Below, one piece after another: positions 9,732 through 19,078 of a stretch of 57,524 nucleotides of DNA (the stretch's first letter is position 1; each line of letters starts with the position of its first letter). The position numbers and the translations under genes were made by a program. The notes beneath the pieces were generated by a model that was not told the origin of the DNA, did no database searches, and saw nothing but the letters and a program-made list of their open reading frames with translations. Origin of the DNA: Candidatus Kaiserbacteria bacterium (GTDB taxonomy: Bacteria > Patescibacteriota > Minisyncoccia > Phycocordibacterales > Phycocordibacteraceae); the NCBI GenBank assembly GCA_023269035.1, contig JAHFMJ010000003.1, forward strand, positions 1-57,524, read 5' to 3'.

Positions 9732-10919
9732 TCAAAGGGCAGAAGGTAGATCGGTAAGCGCTACGTTCTTCTCTTCCGCAGTTTTGATATTTTTTAGTGT
9801 AATCATTCCGCTTTGCTTTTCCTTTTCTCCGTATACTGCGAAATGGGGTATACCGAGCTTCAGTGCGGCTTTGATATGATCAGCGATCTTCTCGTGCTTC
9901 ATGCCGACCGCGACATTCACTCCCTCTGTACGCAAGGAGTCAGCAAAAGCAGCCGCTTCTGCGAAATCCTTTTCACTCGCCGGAGCGAGGTAAAGCTTTG
10001 TCGTTGGTGGAAGTGTAGGCAAGAGATCATGGGTTTCCAGGAAGTCCCGGGCGATAACGTCACCCATCGCAAAACCAACTGCAGGTACGCTTTCAGAACC
10101 ATACTGGCCAACGAGGTTATCGTAACGGCCTCCACCAAACATTGAACGTTTGTTTGCAGAATTCGTATCGAATACTTCAAATATCACCCCGGTGTAATAA
10201 TCGAAGCCCCGTGCGATGGTAACGTCAATAACCACGTTCGTGATGCCGCGCTCCCGTAAACTATGTTGTAATTTTTCAAAATACCCGAATGTCTCGCTTT
10301 TAGAAAGCGCGTTCAGAAGCTCTGTCGGAAGTTCAGCATCCTTGCCTTTTGAGTCCAACATACGTGTCATTTCTTGTCGTTTTTCCTTCGCGATCCCAGC
10401 CGCATCATATGCGAAGTCAAGAAATTCACGACTTGCAATGCGAATACTAAAATCAGTATCCGAAGCGCCAAGCTCCTTCATGACGCGGTAGGCGAGGGTT
10501 ATTACCTCGACGTCTGCCTCTGTTCCAGAAACGCCAAAGAGGTCAGCATTTAATTGCCAAAACTCGCGCAGCCGGCCACGCTGCGGGCGTTCATAACGAA
10601 AGAAATTTTGTATGCAATACCAGCGCAAGGGGAAACCCAGTTCGCGTTTGCGGGCGGCGACCATCCGCGCGACGGTGGGGGTCATCTCCGGCCGGAGCGT
10701 TACGGAGCGCTCGCCACGGTCGGTGAAGGTGTAGGTCTGTTCTTTGATTATTTCTTCACTGGTTTTTGCCGTATAGAGTTCTGTCGACTCGAGAATTGAT
10801 GCATTGTACTCTTCATAGCCGAAACTCTCTACGGCCCGGCGCATCGCGGCAAAAATATAATTCTGTATTCGCTGGTCTTCTGGGTAAAAGTCACGCACCC
10901 CTTTGTACGGCTCGATCAT
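9732..10919 (-). CDS. hisS: histidine--tRNA ligase
   Basis: Class II motifs RPEMTPTVAR and FRYERPQRGRLREFWQ. 395 aa with a C-terminal anticodon-binding region. Confidence 0.92.
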   Translation of the reverse strand: MIEPYKGVRDFYPEDQRIQNYIFAAMRRAVESFGYEEYNASILESTELYTAKTSEEIIKEQTYTFTDRGERSVTLRPEMTPTVARMVAARKRELGFPLRWYCIQNFFRYERPQRGRLREFWQLNADLFGVSGTEADVEVITLAYRVMKELGASDTDFSIRIASREFLDFAYDAAGIAKEKRQEMTRMLDSKGKDAELPTELLNALSKSETFGYFEKLQHSLRERGITNVVIDVTIARGFDYYTGVIFEVFDTNSANKRSMFGGGRYDNLVGQYGSESVPAVGFAMGDVIARDFLETHDLLPTLPPTTKLYLAPASEKDFAEAAAFADSLRTEGVNVAVGMKHEKIADHIKAALKLGIPHFAVYGEKEKQSGMITLKNIKTAEEKNVALTDLPSAL

Positions 10920-11491
10920 AGGCCGATGGTGTGATCTTCCATCTTTTTTATATGCGACTGTTCTATCTGCGTATTTCTGATCGTCCGCTCGACCCCTTGC
11001 GGGTTCGGCACCTCAGTGATCTCAAATTCGTCTCTCGTACCAGCGGTCTGCACCTCTACGGTCCCGAATCCGAGCAGGTTGCCGATGATGCCGTGCGCCT
11101 TGGTCTCGATGTCCTGGATGTGGTCCAGGTCGAGGAGCGTAGCAACATTGCGCTTGAAGAAACCTTGCTGGTCGATGTCGACGATGCGCAGGTTGGTGAT
11201 GATCCAGATGTCGAAGTAGTAGTCAGTCCAGCGCTCAAACAGAAGGTGCCAGAATACCAACGTCCATAAGGCACCGAAAAAGAGACCGAAACCAGCAGGG
11301 GGGTTGAGCGACGCGTTTCCTGATGCGATCAATGAGGCGACGAACGGGATGAAAAAGAAAGGCAGCAGGAAGAGGATGAGAAGGCCGACTATGTCGCGGA
11401 ACAACACGAACCAATGGTGACGGACGACGGCGACAACATGTTCGCCGGCGCGGCGATCGGCAAGATAGTGTGCGAATTGTTCTTCAGCCAT
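10916..11491 (-). CDS. membrane protein with bacterial PH (bPH/YdbS-YdbT-like) domain
   Basis: Two N-terminal TMs followed by the PH-like segment ...RNVATLLDLDHIQDIETKAHGIIGNLLGFGTVEVQTAG. Start at MAEEQ (11491). Confidence 0.78.
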   Translation of the reverse strand: MAEEQFAHYLADRRAGEHVVAVVRHHWFVLFRDIVGLLILFLLPFFFIPFVASLIASGNASLNPPAGFGLFFGALWTLVFWHLLFERWTDYYFDIWIITNLRIVDIDQQGFFKRNVATLLDLDHIQDIETKAHGIIGNLLGFGTVEVQTAGTRDEFEITEVPNPQGVERTIRNTQIEQSHIKKMEDHTIGL

Positions 11492-11495
11492 ACGC

Positions 11496-11726
11496 TTATA
11501 CGAGAGCGATTCCGGCGAGCATCGCGCCGATGAGCACCACGATGCCAACGATGTAGACCGGCAATGCCATCCAGACGAGCGGGTACATGTATCCAAAACG
11601 CAGCCAGTGGTAGAGCTCTGCAAAAACGTAATACACCGTGACGAGAAGCACGATAGCGAAGAAAAACCACAAGATTACTGTCGGGTCACCTGCTGGGATC
11701 GTGGTTGCTACGGGGACGGGCTGCAT
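11496..11726 (-). CDS. small integral membrane protein (76 aa, 2-3 TM)
   Basis: Hydrophobic ORF immediately upstream of, and co-oriented with, the bPH gene. Confidence 0.55.
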   Translation of the reverse strand: MQPVPVATTIPAGDPTVILWFFFAIVLLVTVYYVFAELYHWLRFGYMYPLVWMALPVYIVGIVVLIGAMLAGIALV

Positions 11727-11750
11727 ATGAGAGATAGTATAGCAAAAAGT

Positions 11751-12401
11751 TTACTCTGTGGAGATACGTGAGTATCGCAGCACTCCGTACTGGTCTTTTC
11801 TGACCTCAGCCTTTAGGTCGAGCAAGCTGGCGAGGGATTTGATAGGTACCGAATGTTCGGGCTCGTGTTCTATATAGAGCGCTCCGCCGGGGTTGAGGTG
11901 CGGCAAAAGCCCCTCTAAGGTCCTCCTGATGAGCGCAAAGCCGTCCTCTTCGGCAAAGAGAGCCTCTTCTGGCTCGAATGCCAAGACCGAATCCTGCACC
12001 CTTTCTATGCGGTTTTTGGAAAGGTATGGAGGATTGGCGAATACAGAGTCGTATGTTCCGGTTATTGCGCTCCAAACATCAGTCCTAATAAGCGAGACGC
12101 GTTCAGTCGAGATGCCATTTTCGGAGATATTTTTTTCAATAGTAGGAAAGTGCCGCTCGTCAATTTCAGCAAAATCAACATGTGCCTGAGGAAGGTGGGC
12201 AAGCAGCGCAATCCCTATGCAGCCGGATCCAGCAAATAAATCTAAAATGTGCAGAGCTCGGGTCTTTTCCAAGCTGCTTAGTGCTTGTTCGACCCAATAC
12301 TCAGTTTCGGTTCGGGGAATGAGCGGGCGAGAATCGAGAAAAATCTTCGTGTCCAAAAAGGGCACCCAACCTATCTGGTAGGCGCTAGGCTCGGCGGTCA
12401 T
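11751..12401 (-). CDS. prmC: release-factor glutamine N5-methyltransferase (HemK/PrmC family)
   Basis: SAM site DLFAGSGCIG and catalytic NPPY (FANPPY). Confidence 0.85.
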   Translation of the reverse strand: MTAEPSAYQIGWVPFLDTKIFLDSRPLIPRTETEYWVEQALSSLEKTRALHILDLFAGSGCIGIALLAHLPQAHVDFAEIDERHFPTIEKNISENGISTERVSLIRTDVWSAITGTYDSVFANPPYLSKNRIERVQDSVLAFEPEEALFAEEDGFALIRRTLEGLLPHLNPGGALYIEHEPEHSVPIKSLASLLDLKAEVRKDQYGVLRYSRISTE

Positions 12402-12703
12402 TACTGCACTTGAAGGTCCAAGCTCGGTACGTCGTTCTCAATGACTTCCCAGCCTTTCGGTACATCGCAAGGAGTGGGAAACTCTTTGATGGTACCGGTC
12501 TTTGGATCGCGAGCAGGAGTGATTACTTGGGCGCATATCTGTTGGTCAGCCGTGCCCCCGGTAGGCGTACCTTCTTGCGTCTGAGCTGAATTGTTTTGCG
12601 TGTTAGAGGGCCAAAGAGAGGTCCCCGAAGAAGCAAGCCAATAGGCGCCTGCCGCGATTACGGCGATGCCGATAAGTATAAGCACGAATTTTGGTACGAA
12701 CAT
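12401..12703 (-). CDS. small membrane-anchored/secreted protein (100 aa)
   Basis: N-terminal TM/signal anchor MFVPKFVLILIGIAVIAAGAYW. TATACT (12716-12711, minus strand) lies 7 nt before the ATG. Confidence 0.6.
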   Translation of the reverse strand: MFVPKFVLILIGIAVIAAGAYWLASSGTSLWPSNTQNNSAQTQEGTPTGGTADQQICAQVITPARDPKTGTIKEFPTPCDVPKGWEVIENDVPSLDLQVQ

Positions 12704-12716
12704 ATGTTCCAGTATA

Positions 12717-12752
12717 ACAAAAAACCCCGAGCTCGGAATGCGCGGGGTTTTT
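12717..12752 (-). terminator. bidirectional intrinsic terminator downstream of the RRM gene
   Basis: CCCCG (12725-12729) / CGGGG (12743-12747) stem, flanked by an A-run and a T-run. Confidence 0.65.
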
Positions 12753-12766
12753 AAGCTGAAAAAAAT

Positions 12767-13126
12767 TTACCAGCTGTTGCGGCGACCACCTTGGTCTCCG
12801 CCACGGCCACCACCGAAGCCTCCACGGCTTCCGCCGCCAAAGCCTCCGCGACCGCCTCCGCTACCGCGAGCACCCTCCTCCTGAGGACGAGCCTCGCTGA
12901 CGCGGACCATGCGTCCGTCAACCTCTTTGCCATCAAGCCCATCAATAACCGCCTTCGCCTCGTCGTCGGAAGACATCTCGACGAATCCGAAGCCGCGCGA
13001 GCGACCGGTTTCGCGGTCCATGATCACCTTTGCAGATGACACGGTACCGAACTGGTCACATGCCGCTTTTAAACTGTCATCGGTGCTGTCATAAGACAAA
13101 CCACCGAAATATAACTTTGTAGCCAC
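12767..13126 (-). CDS. RRM-type RNA-binding protein with RGG/Gly-rich tail
   Basis: RNP-2 LYFGGL and RNP-1 RGFGFVEM. C-terminal GGGRGGFGGGSRGGFGGGRGG tail. GTG start. Confidence 0.9.
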   Translation of the reverse strand: MATKLYFGGLSYDSTDDSLKAACDQFGTVSSAKVIMDRETGRSRGFGFVEMSSDDEAKAVIDGLDGKEVDGRMVRVSEARPQEEGARGSGGGRGGFGGGSRGGFGGGRGGDQGGRRNSW

Positions 13127-13236
13127 GATATTTTTCTAACTAGCTAATTAATTCGAGTTTGATGTGTTGGCCTGGTCCTGCGCGCCTCTCCGTAAGGCGC
13201 CTCGTAGAGGTTCTTGACAATCTTACCCGTACATAG

Positions 13237-13265
13237 ATTATAGCATTAACAACGTCATTGCGCAA
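13237..13265 (-). promoter_or_regulatory. candidate extended -10 promoter TTGCGC-17-(TGC)TATAAT for the RRM gene
   Basis: On the minus strand, TATAAT = 13242-13237 preceded by TGC, and TTGCGC = 13265-13260. Implies a 5' UTR of about 100 nt. Confidence 0.5.
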
Positions 13266-13269
13266 TGGT

Positions 13270-13857
13270 TTAGCCTTTCTTGCTGTGGACGATTTCCCAC
13301 ACGATCGGCAGGATAGAAACGATGGCGATAAGCACTGCAAATACGATGATGTAGTTATCGATCCCGGGGACAGTGTTGCCGAGGAAGAAGCCCAGAAGCG
13401 TCATGCCGGCGCCCCAGAGCGTACCGCCGATAACATTATAGGCAAGAAACTTGGCATACCGCATATTCGCAACCCCAGCAATGATGGGGGTGAAGGTCCT
13501 TACTGCAGGGATAAAACGCGCCAGGAGGATGCTCATGCCACCCTTCCGCTCAAAAAAGAGTCGCGCTTGCTCGACTCGGGCATGGCTGAACCAGAAAGAA
13601 TCAGGACGAGTGAAGATCATCGGACCGATTTTATTTCCGAACCAATATCCCACGGAATCTCCAGCGATACCTGCCACAACAACAAGTGAGAGCAGCATCG
13701 GGAGAGAGAAGAAGCCTCTGGAGGCCAGGAACCCCGCGGTAAAGAGCAGGCTGTCGCCGGGGAGGAAAAAACCAAAAAAGAGACCTGATTCGGCAAAAAC
13801 AATGCCAGCCAGGCCGACGTATCCGGCTGCCTCAAGTAGCGCGAGGAGGTTAAACAT
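13270..13857 (-). CDS. DedA-family membrane protein
   Basis: FAESGLFFGFFLPGDSLLF signature and multi-TM topology. Start at MFNLL (13857); the upstream part of the 297-aa ORF overlaps the divergent gene. Confidence 0.87.
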   Translation of the reverse strand: MFNLLALLEAAGYVGLAGIVFAESGLFFGFFLPGDSLLFTAGFLASRGFFSLPMLLSLVVVAGIAGDSVGYWFGNKIGPMIFTRPDSFWFSHARVEQARLFFERKGGMSILLARFIPAVRTFTPIIAGVANMRYAKFLAYNVIGGTLWGAGMTLLGFFLGNTVPGIDNYIIVFAVLIAIVSILPIVWEIVHSKKG

Positions 13858-13882
13858 GAGAACATTGTAACAGCACAGCACG

Positions 13883-14752
13883 ATGAGACATATTATTCTT
13901 ACAACACATGCTTCGACCGAGTACGAGCTTCTCGATTCCGGCGGTGAAGAAAAACTGGAACGGTACGGCAGCGTCGTCCTTGCGCGTCCCGACCCTTCCG
14001 CACTTTGGGAAAAGCACTTGTCAGATACTGTCTGGAAAGCAGCTGATGCCTGGTACGAAAGAAAAACTAAAGGCGGGGAATGGCATACCAAGAGCACCCT
14101 TCCAAAAGAATGGGCCATCGACTTCGGCGGCCTGCACTTCATCATCAAGCCCACTTCTTTCAAACATACGGGCCTCTTTCCTGAACAGCTATCGAATTGG
14201 GAGTGGACGGCACAGTTGATACAAAATGCAGGACGACCTGTATCAGTCCTTAACCTTTTTGCCTACACAGGAGGAGCGAGCCTTGCTGCAGCGCAGGCAG
14301 GCGCGTCAGTGACACACGTTGACGCGTCAAAAACCGCTGTCGCCTGGGCCCGTGAGAATGCCAAGCTCTCAGGTCTTGCGGAGAAGCCTATACGATGGAT
14401 TACCGATGACGTGCTGGTCTACATTGAACGCGAGATGAAGCGCGGAGTGCACTATGACGGCATCATCATGGATCCGCCCGCCTTCGGCCACGGACCTAAA
14501 GATGAACTCTGGAAGATAGAAGAGGATTTCCTTACGCTCATGAAACTGTGTCGGGAGTTGCTTACGGAGAAGCCGCTTTTCTTCATCGTAAACGGCTACG
14601 CCTCCGGCTATTCATCACTCGCATTTGCTCACAATCTCGCCACATTGGCAGAACGATTTACGGGCAGGGAGGTTGAGCATGGCGAATTGACCATCGCTGA
14701 ATCGGGGAGCGGACGCCTCCTGCCCTGCGGAATCTTTGCCAGGGTACAATAG
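13883..14752 (+). CDS. class I SAM-dependent (RlmI/RlmK-like) methyltransferase
   Basis: LNLFAYTGGASL SAM pocket and IIMDPPAFG. Confidence 0.82.
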   Translation: MRHIILTTHASTEYELLDSGGEEKLERYGSVVLARPDPSALWEKHLSDTVWKAADAWYERKTKGGEWHTKSTLPKEWAIDFGGLHFIIKPTSFKHTGLFPEQLSNWEWTAQLIQNAGRPVSVLNLFAYTGGASLAAAQAGASVTHVDASKTAVAWARENAKLSGLAEKPIRWITDDVLVYIEREMKRGVHYDGIIMDPPAFGHGPKDELWKIEEDFLTLMKLCRELLTEKPLFFIVNGYASGYSSLAFAHNLATLAERFTGREVEHGELTIAESGSGRLLPCGIFARVQ

Positions 14753-14757
14753 GACAC

Positions 14758-15483
14758 ATGATTCACGGAGGCCATCGACTCAAGATATATACCAGGGTCG
14801 AGCATGTGCTCGTCGCTCTCGCCACGCTTTTTTTGCCTGCGATATTTCTCCTCATTTACGGAAGCTTTGCAAAGTCTGATGCGTTCGTTCTCGCATCGGG
14901 ACTCGGCATCTCATTCGCTCGGCTGCTTGTCGGTTATGCCATCTCGCTTTTTGTCGGGCTCGCGATCGCTCTTTTGATCGGGACGAACAAAGCTGGCGAG
15001 TGGCTCATGCCGGTGTTCGATGTGCTGCAGAACGTCCCGTCCTTCGCCCTTATTCCCGTGTTCGCGCTCCTCTTGGGCTACTCGAACACGATGGTCGTCA
15101 TTTTTGCGGCAACCTCGATCGTCTGGCCCATCCTCTTTTATGCTCTCTCCGCACTCCGTACAGCGCACCAAGAGTGGGACGAAGCCGCGACGATATTCGG
15201 TGCTGTGGGATGGAAAAGAGTCTGGAACTACCACTTGCCGCTGGTCTTCCCCGCAATAGTGACCGGCTCTATCGTCGGGATCTCGATCGGTTGGGAGGCA
15301 GTGATCGGCCTCGAGATAATCGGTTTTCATACCGGCGTCGGTGTCTTCCTCGACAGTGCGAGCAAGCAGGGCGACCAGACAGCCCTCTTCCTTGGTATCG
15401 TTGCCATACTCTTCCTCGTAGTGACCATCAACAAGCTTGTCTGGTCGCCGCTCCTCAAACATGCGCGTCTGTATGCAGAATAA
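14758..15483 (+). CDS. ABC transporter permease (NitT/TauT family-like)
   Basis: Six TM-like segments. Adjacent to, and overlapping, the cognate ATPase gene. Confidence 0.83.
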   Translation: MIHGGHRLKIYTRVEHVLVALATLFLPAIFLLIYGSFAKSDAFVLASGLGISFARLLVGYAISLFVGLAIALLIGTNKAGEWLMPVFDVLQNVPSFALIPVFALLLGYSNTMVVIFAATSIVWPILFYALSALRTAHQEWDEAATIFGAVGWKRVWNYHLPLVFPAIVTGSIVGISIGWEAVIGLEIIGFHTGVGVFLDSASKQGDQTALFLGIVAILFLVVTINKLVWSPLLKHARLYAE

Positions 15484-16207
15484 ACCTGCCATTGCTGTCG
15501 AGGGAGTCTCATTCCGTTTTGCTGACGAAACGAAACGTGCGCCGTTAACGCTGAAAGATATTTCCTTCTCAGTGGCGCACAGTGAGTTTGTCTCTATAGT
15601 TGGCCCGTCAGGATGCGGAAAGTCGACACTCTTGCGCCTCATCCTTGATCTGCAAAAACCGACCTCAGGCAGCGTCGAGAAGAATTTCACCAAAAGCGCG
15701 ATGGTCTTTCAGGGAGTTGCAACTTTTCCCTGGCTCACGGTGTATGAGAATGTGGCTTTCGGGCTTCGTATGCAAGGTATGCGAGATGACACAATAGCCT
15801 CGATAGTGCGGGAGAAGATCAACGAAGTTGGCTTGCGTCAGAACGAGGGGAAGCACCCGCGCGAACTCTCCGGCGGTATGCGCCAGCGTGTCGGGGTTGC
15901 CCGCGCCCTTGCCGTATCGCCTGACTTCCTCGTCATGGATGAACCGTTCTCAAGCCTCGATTCCATCACGGCAACGGCGCTCAAGAACGATATCCTGGCG
16001 TTGTGGGAAAAATATCGCATGACCGTCCTCCTCGTCTCACATCTCATCAGTGAGGCAATAGAGCTCTCGGACAGGATCATCGTTATGGGAAAGCATCCAG
16101 GCATGATAAAAAAAGTGATTCCGATCGAGCTTCCACGACCACGCAACCCTCGTTCGTCGGAATTTTTCAAGCTCCTGGACGAGATCACCGCCCTCATCGA
16201 TGCCTAA
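15473..16207 (+). CDS. ABC transporter ATP-binding protein (TauB/SsuB-like)
   Basis: Walker A GPSGCGKST, signature LSGGMRQRV, and Walker B FLVMDEPFS. Start at MQNKPAIAVEG. Confidence 0.92.
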   Translation: MQNKPAIAVEGVSFRFADETKRAPLTLKDISFSVAHSEFVSIVGPSGCGKSTLLRLILDLQKPTSGSVEKNFTKSAMVFQGVATFPWLTVYENVAFGLRMQGMRDDTIASIVREKINEVGLRQNEGKHPRELSGGMRQRVGVARALAVSPDFLVMDEPFSSLDSITATALKNDILALWEKYRMTVLLVSHLISEAIELSDRIIVMGKHPGMIKKVIPIELPRPRNPRSSEFFKLLDEITALIDA

Positions 16208-16256
16208 AAACGAAGTGGTGTAATAAGCGCGCGGTTCTTGATACTATATAAAAACA

Positions 16257-17654
16257 ATGCCTTCCCTCTACAAGCCGATGTTCCGTGAATATGATGTCCG
16301 GGGGAGAGAATCCCTCGAGGAGCTTAATGAAAGTTCCATCTATCATATTGCGCGTGGATTCGGGCGGATGTTACAAGATCACAATGTCACCGAAGCGATC
16401 GTCGGGCATGATGCACGCTCTACGTCTGAGAGGTTCCACGACCAGGTCATAAAAGCCCTTACGGAGTCCGGTGTGAACGTGGTCGACATAGGTCTCGTAA
16501 CGACACCGATGAGTTATTGGGCGCAATTCCATTTCAATGTCAAAGGGCTTGTCATGATCACTGCAAGCCATAATCCAGTTGGATGGAACGGCCTCAAGCT
16601 CGGTACCGACCTTGCAAGGACACTCCTTCCGGACGCAATAAAAAACCTCTACGCAATAATAGCTCGCGAAGAATACACCGAAGGTGCCGGGAAGATACGA
16701 CATGAAGATGTGAAAGAAGCTTATTTTGCTGATCTTGTGTCGCGGGCGAAGCTCGGGAGGAAACTAAAGGTGTTAATAAACACCGGCAATGGAACTGCGG
16801 GTGCCTATGCGCCGGAGCTGTTCCGTCTTTTTGGATGCGAAGTGGTCGAGCACTATACCGCTATTGACCCGACGTATCCTCATTACACACCGAATCCCGA
16901 CGGTACGGTGATGATGGATGACACCGGGAAACAGGTCGTCGCGCATGGGTGCGACATCGGCCTGGCGTTCGACGGGGATGGCGACAGGCTCGGTGTCGTG
17001 GATGAAAAAGGCACCACGGTATGGCCTGACCGATATTTACAGCTCCTTGCTCGGCTCGTCTTGTCAAAAAAACCTGGAGCAAAAATAGTCTTCGACGTGA
17101 AAGTTTCTGAGGGATTACCGCAGGACATAGCCGCTCATGGCGGGGTGCCGATCATGTGGAAAACAGGCCATTCGTATATCAAGAGGAAACTCGCGGAAGA
17201 GCAAGCCGCTCTCGGCGGCGAAATGAGCGGGCATATCTTCTTTTCGCACGGGTTCTACGGTTTCGATGACGCCTTTTTTGCCGCTTTAATGGTCCTGGAG
17301 TATGTATCGCAACAGCGGGGTGCATCGGTATCACAGATCGTAGCTGATACCCCTTATTATGTTTCAACACCGACTATCCAGATCGAAACAACGGAAGAAG
17401 ACAAATATACTGTAGTAGATGCTCTTACTGCAGAGTTCAAGGAGGAAGGGCATAGGGTCGTGGATATCAACGGGGCTCGCGTCTACATGCACGGTGGATG
17501 GGGCCTTGTTCGAGCCTCATCAAACGTTCCTGCGCTTGTTCTCCGGTTTGAGGCGAATACTCAGAAGGACCTTGAGAAGATACAGTCGATATTCAAGAAA
17601 AAGCTGGACAGGTTTCCATCAGTAAAAAGTAATTGGGATTCATCCGGCCACTAA
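16257..17654 (+). CDS. phosphomannomutase/phosphoglucomutase
   Basis: Active-site TASHNP, metal loop FDGDGDR, and GEMSGH. Confidence 0.92.
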   Translation: MPSLYKPMFREYDVRGRESLEELNESSIYHIARGFGRMLQDHNVTEAIVGHDARSTSERFHDQVIKALTESGVNVVDIGLVTTPMSYWAQFHFNVKGLVMITASHNPVGWNGLKLGTDLARTLLPDAIKNLYAIIAREEYTEGAGKIRHEDVKEAYFADLVSRAKLGRKLKVLINTGNGTAGAYAPELFRLFGCEVVEHYTAIDPTYPHYTPNPDGTVMMDDTGKQVVAHGCDIGLAFDGDGDRLGVVDEKGTTVWPDRYLQLLARLVLSKKPGAKIVFDVKVSEGLPQDIAAHGGVPIMWKTGHSYIKRKLAEEQAALGGEMSGHIFFSHGFYGFDDAFFAALMVLEYVSQQRGASVSQIVADTPYYVSTPTIQIETTEEDKYTVVDALTAEFKEEGHRVVDINGARVYMHGGWGLVRASSNVPALVLRFEANTQKDLEKIQSIFKKKLDRFPSVKSNWDSSGH

Positions 17655-17666
17655 GTCTTACAATCC

Positions 17667-18458
17667 ATGAACTTTTCTCAAATTGAACTCAGAAAGCTTG
17701 AAATATCTGTCACCAGCATATTGAAAGACCTGCAGCAATTGCTGATTCAAGAATGGCAACGCGCCCAGGCTGTTTCTCTGAAAGCGTTGCGGGAACCGGT
17801 AACTGAAATCGACATACGAGTTGAGAAGGAGATACGCGGAGCCTTGGCTAAACTCTTACCGGAGGCCGGATTCATAGTGGAAGAAGGAGATAGCCTGAAA
17901 GGGAAGGAATATCAATGGGTTATCGATCCTATAGACCAGACCAAGAATTTCATCGGGCATATACCGCTCTTTTATACGCAGGTCGCACTCGTCTACCGCG
18001 ACGAGCCTATCCTCGGAGTCATTTTAAATCCCGTCTCGGGACAATTGTTTTCAGCGAGCAGCGGCAACGGCACAAAACTGAACGGTGAAACAATAATAAA
18101 AAACGTTAAGGACACGTTGAGCGAAGCCCTTGTGGACATAGATTTTGGAGGAAACAGCGAAGGAGTGGACTGGAAAATGCCTGCATTGAGCGCGCTTGCC
18201 CAAGCCGCCTACCGAATCCGCATCACTGGTGGAGCGTTTGCTCCGTACCTCATAACAGGAGGCATAGACGCTTTCATATCATTGAGCGAAGTGACAAAGA
18301 TCGTTGATCAAATGCCACGGATAATCCTCACAAGGGAACTTGGGCTGACATCAGAAATCCTCGATATTGGCGGACGTCGAGTCTACCTTGCAGGAAGCAA
18401 AACAGTTTTCGATGAGATAAGAAAAATATTGACTGAAATGGTAGTGGCGAAGTCTTGA
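17667..18458 (+). CDS. inositol monophosphatase family protein
   Basis: WVIDPIDQTKNF motif. 263 aa. Confidence 0.82.
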   Translation: MNFSQIELRKLEISVTSILKDLQQLLIQEWQRAQAVSLKALREPVTEIDIRVEKEIRGALAKLLPEAGFIVEEGDSLKGKEYQWVIDPIDQTKNFIGHIPLFYTQVALVYRDEPILGVILNPVSGQLFSASSGNGTKLNGETIIKNVKDTLSEALVDIDFGGNSEGVDWKMPALSALAQAAYRIRITGGAFAPYLITGGIDAFISLSEVTKIVDQMPRIILTRELGLTSEILDIGGRRVYLAGSKTVFDEIRKILTEMVVAKS

Positions 18459-18459
18459 G

Positions 18460-19059
18460 TCATTGTTTGAGCACTTTCCTTCGTGCGTATTTTGATATGC
18501 CAAATCCTAAGAGAACAGCCACAAGGATGGTCCCGATGAGGAATGTTATTTTCAGGCTCTCGGTCACTTTCACCAGGAGGTCAGCATACGAATAACCGAT
18601 GTAGAGCATCGCTGAGACCCATATCACTTCTCCGATAGCATTGACGAACATATACTTCCAGAAAGACACTTTTGTCGCGCCGCCGGTGATCAAGACTGCG
18701 ATTCCAAGACCAAGGCCCATGAGGAGTTTATTGCCCAGGAGCGTCACGGCATGGTACTTAGCGAAGAGCGATTTGATCCTATCGAATACTGCAGGCGTCA
18801 CGCTGAAGTAGCGTCCTGAACGAGCGATGAACCGATCTGCGTAGAAGTAACCAACAAAATACCAGCCCATGTCCCAGGTGAGTTCTCCGAGGGCGAGCGT
18901 GAGGAAGAGCGGTATGAGCTCGAAGGCGCCTTCGTGAAGAAGGAAGCCGGAGGCGAGCATGAGCGTCGGTCCTCCGAAAGTAGTTGCCAGAAAGATGATA
19001 GGATACTTGAGATATACTGCGAGAGATATCGCATACGATACGATAGCGGGTATCTGCAT
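18460..19059 (-). CDS. DedA/VTT-like multi-pass membrane protein
   Basis: Hydrophobic ORF of about 200 aa. Start at MQIPAIV (19059); the 19098 alternative overlaps the divergent GT2 gene. Confidence 0.65.
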   Translation of the reverse strand: MQIPAIVSYAISLAVYLKYPIIFLATTFGGPTLMLASGFLLHEGAFELIPLFLTLALGELTWDMGWYFVGYFYADRFIARSGRYFSVTPAVFDRIKSLFAKYHAVTLLGNKLLMGLGLGIAVLITGGATKVSFWKYMFVNAIGEVIWVSAMLYIGYSYADLLVKVTESLKITFLIGTILVAVLLGFGISKYARRKVLKQ

Positions 19060-19078
19060 AGTCCTAAAAGTATACCTT

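Noticed and set aside
13214-13242. Plus-strand TTGACA (13214-13219) followed 17 nt later by ATTATA, a possible promoter for the plus-strand ORF 13258-13689.
   Set aside because: ATTATA is simply the reverse complement of the minus-strand TATAAT and is a poor -10 element. The downstream plus-strand ORF is antisense to the DedA gene and has no motifs.
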